DNA from: a virus
Taxonomy: Duplodnaviria; Caudoviricetes
IMG/VR virus record: IMGVR_UViG_2700988850_000001
Location: 11,773-75,772 of that record
DNA: 64,000 bases
Direction: 5' to 3' (one strand)
Of the stretch, positions 57,880 through 64,000 are shown one piece after another. Position numbers and translations under genes: made by a program. How positions within the stretch are numbered: position 1 is the stretch's first letter; the number at the start of each line of letters is the position of its first letter. A model generated the notes under the pieces. The model was not told the DNA's origin, ran no database searches, and saw only the letters and a list, made by a program, of their open reading frames with translations.

Positions 57880-59010
57880 GCAAAACTCGCAGGTCAGGGC
57901 CCTGTTTTGGCGCGAAATGACACGTCATTTTGGGCCAAAAAACGATCGTTGCAGGCGGTTTTCGTCTAGGCGTCGCAAACCTGTGACCAGGGACTTTCGA
58001 TTAGAAACATTGCGAGTGTGTGAGGGTGTGACGTGTGACGAAACAGAATCGACTTGTTTTCGCAGGTCAGGGGGCGAAAAAGCCCTACTCATTAGCGGGG
58101 CGAACGAGGTCGTTTGTGCTGGTAGACGCGTTTTTGAGACGTCATTTCGTCACACGGGACCGGTTGACTCGCGAACGGGTCGGTAACATCCCACAAAATG
58201 CCACGTCATTTAGGTTTTTCGATTCGAAAATGCGACGTCATTACGTTCGAACGTGTGACCGATAATCGCGGTTATCGGCCACGGGCAGACCAGCGGAAAC
58301 CCGTCGTGACCAGGCATTTTCGATTAGGAATAGGACAAATGGGACGAACATTTGTTCGAGGGGGTCACACACACATCGCGCCCTTACCCCTCGCCGCGCG
58401 CAGAAAATTTCGTAGAAAAAGATAAGTACTGCTCTTAGGCGCTGACGATCCCGCGATCAGCAGATCACGCGATCCTACGATCCGCAGATCAACCGATCCT
58501 AAGATCAAACGATCCTCACGATCCGTAGATCACCAGATCACTCCCGCGTGAATCCCCCATGACCTTATGAGACGTCAGCCATGCCTCCGGCAAAACCATC
58601 TACTAAGTATCCAATAATTACAAGAACTAGTGAGGGTAACCTAACTAAATCTAATAACCCCTAAATAACCCCTAAATAATACCTATATATATCTATATAT
58701 ATACTACGTATATATGCAGGTCAGAGTATGTTTTCACCCCCCGTGCCGCTGATTAGTTTCAGGGACGCTCGATCGGCGACACCTTGTAACCCTCGGGGAC
58801 TTCCCCCGCATGGCCGCCGACCCAAGTACTGGGCCCCCCTAAGGGGGGGTCTGAGGGGGTCTCTTCGTCATGCCCTAAATCCTAAATACCTAAATACCCC
58901 AAAACCATGTCTGACCTGCGAAGATGGCCCGATTTATTAGGTTGAACAAATACGGTATTTAGGGCACAGGATCGGGCGTGCCCTAAATCTGCCCTAAACC
59001 CTTGTAACCC
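57880..59010. other. Putative replication origin or packaging/terminus region
   Basis: No credible ORF; GATC array, AT-rich TATA tract, CCCTAAAT and GCAGGTCAG repeats; next to primase/helicase genes. Confidence 0.55.
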
Positions 59011-59018
59011 AAAGCAAG

Positions 59019-59058
59019 TAAAACCCCGGCCACCTAGAGGAAGGTGACCGGGGTTTTA
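59019..59058 (-). terminator. Intrinsic terminator ending the primase operon
   Basis: taaaaccccggccacct-agagga-aggtgaccggggtttta. Confidence 0.75.
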
Positions 59059-59080
59059 AGTCTAGAGGGGAGGCTGAGAC

Positions 59081-60023
59081 TTACGAATCCGCAAGTCGCA
59101 GCGCGTAGGCGGTTTTGCCGTTCTGCGCGGTGACAGGCATCATGATGAACTTGCCTTCAAGTAGCGCATCGAGGAGAACGCCTGCCTTGATTTCCAGATC
59201 GGACTTGGCCGACGAGGGTGCGGTGTCGGGTTTCGGGGTGGGCTTGGGTGCGATGAACTGGACGGCGAAGTTAGACTTCTCTAGCGCGCTAGTGAAGTCA
59301 GAGAACGTGGGGTAGTGGATGATCGAACTACCTTGGATGCTAAGATCTACATGACCATTTACGAAGTCCATGCAACCCTCGCCTTGCAGTTCCCCATTAA
59401 GGGTGACGATGAACTCCTGAATGCTATTGCCTTTCACAGTGTGTACTCCTTGTCTTCGTCGGGTGCATAGAAGTGGATCGAATGGTTAGGCATAGTGAGG
59501 CTTGACATTATCCAGTCAATAAGTTCCTCGTCCAAAGAGATTCCGCGGGTCGGGAAGTCGATAGAGCGGAAGCTGACCATTCGGCGATCCCTTGATGGAT
59601 CGGTGTCAGGGTCATTGTCAAAGAAGAACTCACCCTCTTCGATGATGATTCCGTGCGGGCCCTTGATGCAGTAGTGCGGACCAGGGCCTAACTTGTCGAA
59701 CATGTCGGGAGACATTTCCAAATCGGGATATTCGATGATCACGAACTTCTCCTCTGCTTCTTGAGTATGTACTGACGATCGGCGTGATGCTTGGTCACGC
59801 GCTCTTGGATTGTCGTCTCCACCTTCTGGTCAAGGTAGGAGCGCTTGGAGCTGCGCTCTCGACGCCAGCGAGTGGTGGTGGCGACGTACCGGCACATCGG
59901 CCCACGGCACCCCTTGTTATAGCAAGACGGGGTACCGTGGGTGCGACCCTCGAAAGCCGGGTCGTTAAGTTCCTGGTCGCATTCCAGGTTGGTAATCTGC
60001 ATCTTCATCTGGAGAAGGTTCAT
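59081..60023 (-). other. Three small hypothetical genes (59081-59437, 59434-59742, 59739-60023 with HG....Y..GCR...CR motif)
   Basis: Coupled leftward ORFs. Confidence 0.55.
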
Positions 60024-61942
60024 GCTGGGATGTATGCCCTTCCCTTGATGGGTGCACCACGACCACCGTTGTGTGGAGGATTCTCCATGGTATTGATCTG
60101 ACCAAGCTTGACAAGGTTGTCCAGGTGGCCGAGCAGTTCCTTCGAGTCGATACCCTTTCTCTTGAAGTGCTTCGCAACAGTGCCGACTCCGGTCCACTTC
60201 TTGCCGGAGTCGAACCGCTCCTGAAGGAACTTAAGGATCATTTCTTCCTCGGCAGAGGTGAGCGACTGCGTAACAGTCTTGTCAATACTCATGTATGATT
60301 CCAGCAGGAAGTCGTACATGCCACAGGCTCGCTCAGCCGACTCGATCGAGACAACCTCTTCCATTGCGTTGATCGCGAACAGAAGGACGAGCTTCTTGAT
60401 CACGAACGTGATACGCTTGATCGAACCGGGAGCCTCGGGGCGTGACCACTGAACCAGGTGCTCCTCGTGGAAATCCTCGAAGTACGCCCTAGCGTCGTCA
60501 CCCCACTCGATCTGAAGTCCATCATCCCCATGTGACTTCGACCACTCGTGAATATCCTTGAGCATGTCGGCAGGCTCCGACATGTCAATGCGAGTGGTGG
60601 AGATAGCTGGCGGCTTCTTGTAAGTGCCATTGACGAAGATGAAGCGGTTCAGGAAGCCTGACGCGGCATCGTCGCCATTGAGAAGCTTCTTGAGCATGTC
60701 AGGCTGGGTGCCGGTTGAGACGCAGCAGAACGGTCGCAGGGCTACATCCTTGCCACCAGTCTTGGACATGTTCGAGACTGCCTCGTTGCCGTCATAGAGT
60801 TCCTGCAAGGTCTCCTTGAGGGTGGACCCAAGCCTCTTGGACCTGCCAGCAATGTCTGACATTTCCTCGTAGCTTACGAAACCCTTAACGTCACCCGCAG
60901 AAATGGCAGGGCCATTCTTGTTCGGACGATGCTCACCCTTAAACTCGGAGACAAGAACCTCGCCGGATGCGGCTCTGGGGAATACGTACACCCCATCCTT
61001 CGTGGCGTGGGTCTCGTCGTAGGGGAGCGCGAGCCGAAGCGTGGAGTCCAAAGCTCGCTTCGCCTTGGACTTTCCCGATCCGGTAGCACCGACCGCGCAG
61101 ATGTACAGGTTCGAGTAGTAAGGATACTCTTCTTCCATGTACACGTTGCGACCGACTGCGAGGCCGAGCGCCTGCAATGCATGCCAGAAGTGAAACTCCT
61201 CGGGCGCAGTGTCCTTGCTGGCCTCACTCATGTAGCTGTCGAGAAAGGTTCCAGTGGCTACGAACTCTTCCCAGTTGAGTCGAGGGAACAGGTTGTCGAT
61301 GCCGGTGGAGTCATCTTCATCTTCAACCTCCATTCCAGTCTCGATATCAACAACGGGAGCCTTCGCCTGCTCCTCAAGCTCCTTGGCACGCGTGGCGCGC
61401 TCCTCGGGTGAGTAGCCGACAAGGTACCCATTCTCATTCTCGAACGACCAACCGTACGACTTGCCAATCTCGCGGCGAAGATCATGGAAGGACTGAGGGT
61501 TCGTCTGATAGTCGGGAATGTTGAAGTGGTACGATGCGATGGTCCAGATATCGCCACCCTTGCCGCACGCCATGCAGTGCCACAACTTCTCGATCCGGTT
61601 GTACCAGGCTGACGGGTTGTTATCCACGTGACCAGGGATAGGACAAGAGATCATAATGCTCTCGTCCTTGAAGCCCTCAGGTTCACGCTTCTTGCCGACC
61701 CACTTGTCGTATGCCTCAGCGAAGGAGATGCGGTCGATCAGGTCATCGAGAGCCTTATCCGACTTGGCGATGTGTTCCGGAAGAACATCCTTGTCAACAT
61801 CGGTGGGGATTGCCTCAGACATGTCCGGCATGGCTGCCGAAGGCTGAGGCTTGGGGCTGCTATTGCCCTTCTTGGCTTCCATCCGCTCCTTGGCTTCATG
61901 AGCCTCCTTGAGCCTGGATAGAAATTTGCTATTGTCTGTCAA
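60020..61942 (-). CDS. Primase-associated protein: CHC2 zinc finger + DUF3987-like P-loop helicase + winged helix
   Basis: CP...H.D.NPS...WHC..CG.GGD; GATGSGKS; GTQP; SGFLNRF. Confidence 0.8.
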   Translation of the reverse strand: MTDNSKFLSRLKEAHEAKERMEAKKGNSSPKPQPSAAMPDMSEAIPTDVDKDVLPEHIAKSDKALDDLIDRISFAEAYDKWVGKKREPEGFKDESIMISCPIPGHVDNNPSAWYNRIEKLWHCMACGKGGDIWTIASYHFNIPDYQTNPQSFHDLRREIGKSYGWSFENENGYLVGYSPEERATRAKELEEQAKAPVVDIETGMEVEDEDDSTGIDNLFPRLNWEEFVATGTFLDSYMSEASKDTAPEEFHFWHALQALGLAVGRNVYMEEEYPYYSNLYICAVGATGSGKSKAKRALDSTLRLALPYDETHATKDGVYVFPRAASGEVLVSEFKGEHRPNKNGPAISAGDVKGFVSYEEMSDIAGRSKRLGSTLKETLQELYDGNEAVSNMSKTGGKDVALRPFCCVSTGTQPDMLKKLLNGDDAASGFLNRFIFVNGTYKKPPAISTTRIDMSEPADMLKDIHEWSKSHGDDGLQIEWGDDARAYFEDFHEEHLVQWSRPEAPGSIKRITFVIKKLVLLFAINAMEEVVSIESAERACGMYDFLLESYMSIDKTVTQSLTSAEEEMILKFLQERFDSGKKWTGVGTVAKHFKRKGIDSKELLGHLDNLVKLGQINTMENPPHNGGRGAPIKGRAYIPA

Positions 61943-61944
61943 GT

Positions 61945-62982
61945 CTACTCCCCGCCAAGCTTGGCGATGTGATCAGACAGGCACTCGGAGATTGCGTTCA
62001 GAATGACAGTGGTCTCATTCTCGTGACCAAGGTTCTGACGCGCCTGCTGAAGAATCCCATTGATCTTATCCTCGGCAGCATGCGCCCAGTACCGAGGATT
62101 CTTGGCGTGGATAGTCTGAGCCGACTGACGCTTCTTCGGCTTCTTCTTTGCGGTGGCAGGTTCGGTGTGCATGACCAGGACAGGACCCTCTGGGGTATTG
62201 ATGCGCTGGGCACCATTCGCCTTCATGAAGTCCTGAAGTTCCTGCATCTTGTCCGGGTCTGGTCCACCGTCAGCCGTAACGATAGACCCACTCTTATCGC
62301 GCACATGCACCTGACCGGAACCTTGCTGGCGCATCTGGTCGAGCAAGTGCTCCTGAGTCTTGGTCAGCTCAGTGGCACCAGCATGGTAGACGCCGGTCAT
62401 GCCGGTAAGGTCAGTGACCGTACCGTTGTTCTCGATGTGCACCGACTGAGGCAGGGCCTTGGTGGTGAGTACCTCATCGGCGAGCGTCCTGGTTTCCATG
62501 TAAAGCTGCTCAAGCTCAACGGAAAGTGGCGGCATGTTGCGAGCGACGGGAGGATTGGTGAACTCTATATCTTCCAGCCTGGATGCCTTATCCCAAGCGT
62601 AGTACCCGTTAACCCTGCCGAGACTCTTGAAGGTAACGTCACCACTCGGCAGAGTAATGAAGTACTTGTCACTCTTCTTCAGTTCAGCGGGGTAGTGTCG
62701 GTACGCCATGATCATCACGTCAAGTCCGACTGCACGCATCGAGGTTCCACGTCCAGCCTGGTACTGCTGAAGTGCGAGCACTGTGCTCTGGTGCTCGATC
62801 CTCAAGATTCTCTGGTACGCATTAACAAGACTCTCTGCCCAGGACTTGAACATCGACTCCCACGCGTCTGCGGGAAAGGTCACATGCAGATTGGTGGAGT
62901 GCTCAATGAGCGTAAGCTTCTCCGGATTGAAAGGATCGCGCCGGACCTCGGTCGAACGAAAGTGGGTGTAGGTGTCGCTCAC
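61945..62982 (-). CDS. Hypothetical protein
   Basis: 345 aa, AGGAG RBS. Confidence 0.6.
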   Translation of the reverse strand: MSDTYTHFRSTEVRRDPFNPEKLTLIEHSTNLHVTFPADAWESMFKSWAESLVNAYQRILRIEHQSTVLALQQYQAGRGTSMRAVGLDVMIMAYRHYPAELKKSDKYFITLPSGDVTFKSLGRVNGYYAWDKASRLEDIEFTNPPVARNMPPLSVELEQLYMETRTLADEVLTTKALPQSVHIENNGTVTDLTGMTGVYHAGATELTKTQEHLLDQMRQQGSGQVHVRDKSGSIVTADGGPDPDKMQELQDFMKANGAQRINTPEGPVLVMHTEPATAKKKPKKRQSAQTIHAKNPRYWAHAAEDKINGILQQARQNLGHENETTVILNAISECLSDHIAKLGGE

Positions 62983-63117
62983 TTGCTCTCCTCATTCTTG
63001 ATCGCGGCTGCGATACGTTCTGCCTCGATCAAGTCGAGTCCGGTGTTTGTTCCCATGTTGCGCACTTCTTCAACCTTCTCCGCGCTAGGCGGAATGATAA
63101 TCTCAGGCGTGTCCATC

Positions 63118-63981
63118 TCAGTCCTTCCAGGGTGACTTGCCGTTGAGCAGAGCCACGGGATCAGGGTGCGGAGCCAGTACCGTGTGTGGTGCGGTCTGGT
63201 CCAAAAAGAAACAAGGGTCTTTCGGGTTTTTCTGATTTACCCCGAGCGGGAGTCTCATGAGATTCCCGTAGGACTTGCCTTCCATCGAATCCTGTTTGGG
63301 ATACACCTCGATGGAGAGATTCGAGAACCCAGTCACCGGGTCCTCATTGTCGAACTTGTAGTGCCCATCGCCGGGAACAAACTCCCCGTCCATCTTCTTT
63401 CCAAGCTCTGCCATGACAAGCAGGGCACCGGCACGAGCGTCCTGGGACTTGATCGTGCCGGTGAACCCATAGACGTGTACGCCTTTGTTGCCAGAGTAGG
63501 CGCAAGCTACTTGCAGACCAAGCTCCTTGGCGATTGTACTTGATAGCAGCTCAGCCATAGTACGAAGCTGCAACTTGTACCATGCTCGTCCAGGATTTCG
63601 TCGAACCAGCCAGTCGGCTCTTGGGGCTGATTCGTGGACTTTGGTTTGATTGACAAACCAGTCATCGAGTTCAGCTTGTCCATCGAGACCTTCGGGAACA
63701 GAACATAGGTCAGGCCGCTCAACCCAAGTTCCAGTTTTCTCGAGATCAATGTCGAATGCAAAGAGCTTGACATTGGAATCCTGATCGCAGAGATAGTGCC
63801 CGTAAGTTTTGGTGCCCGCGAGGTGCTCACGAAAATCACCCATCTTCCAAGGTAGCGGAGTTCGATCCAGTCTCGGATCTTTTACCACCGGACGATAGCT
63901 ACCACCCGAGTCTTGGACGGCCTTTGCGTCACGGCGCTGCACGAATTTGGTAGGGAGAAGTCGTGCAAGATCAAGCTCCAA
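63118..63981 (-). CDS. Archaeo-eukaryotic-type primase-polymerase (AEP) catalytic domain
   Basis: FDID, SGNKGVH and EVYPKQ...GNL.RLP motifs. Confidence 0.8.
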   Translation of the reverse strand: MELDLARLLPTKFVQRRDAKAVQDSGGSYRPVVKDPRLDRTPLPWKMGDFREHLAGTKTYGHYLCDQDSNVKLFAFDIDLEKTGTWVERPDLCSVPEGLDGQAELDDWFVNQTKVHESAPRADWLVRRNPGRAWYKLQLRTMAELLSSTIAKELGLQVACAYSGNKGVHVYGFTGTIKSQDARAGALLVMAELGKKMDGEFVPGDGHYKFDNEDPVTGFSNLSIEVYPKQDSMEGKSYGNLMRLPLGVNQKNPKDPCFFLDQTAPHTVLAPHPDPVALLNGKSPWKD

Positions 63982-64000
63982 CTCGGGTACCTCCTTGGGG

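Noticed and set aside
56695-58940. Short ORFs called in the non-coding region
   Set aside because: No RBS, atypical composition, and frames are not conserved between the two paralogous copies.

Overview
The window is 64 kb of a long-tailed (siphovirus-type) actinobacteriophage genome. WhiB, a LysB-like cutinase and the GC-rich codon usage point to a mycolic-acid host such as Rhodococcus or Gordonia (inference). Bases 1-22750 are a rightward virion and lysis operon: head decoration, major capsid, head-tail joining proteins, tail tube, frameshifted tail chaperone, a 3101-aa tape measure with peptidoglycan hydrolase domains, minor tails, amidase endolysin and membrane proteins. A bidirectional terminator follows, and everything after it is leftward: RecB/Cas4-like nuclease, WhiB, DNA methyltransferase, LysB, MazG-like and RusA-like proteins, beta clamp, oligoribonuclease, SNF2 helicase, HNH, tyrosine recombinase, a MoxR-AAA/VWA pair, many small hypotheticals, a 2.4-kb non-coding region, and primase/helicase genes. 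Five observations stand out. (1) An integron-like array at 52.4-56.7 kb of nine unrelated ORFs, each fitted exactly from ATG to stop between ~100-bp structured promoter-containing repeats. (2) Two tandem paralogous ~250-nt structured ncRNAs with clear covariation at the head of that array, plus a third structured element. (3) A probable programmed -1 frameshift needed to express the complete WhiB domain. (4) A tRNA-like RNA with a greatly expanded D-arm position. (5) An 8-bp-periodic GATC array in a putative origin. All functional calls come from motif recognition by eye; no searches or folding programs were run.
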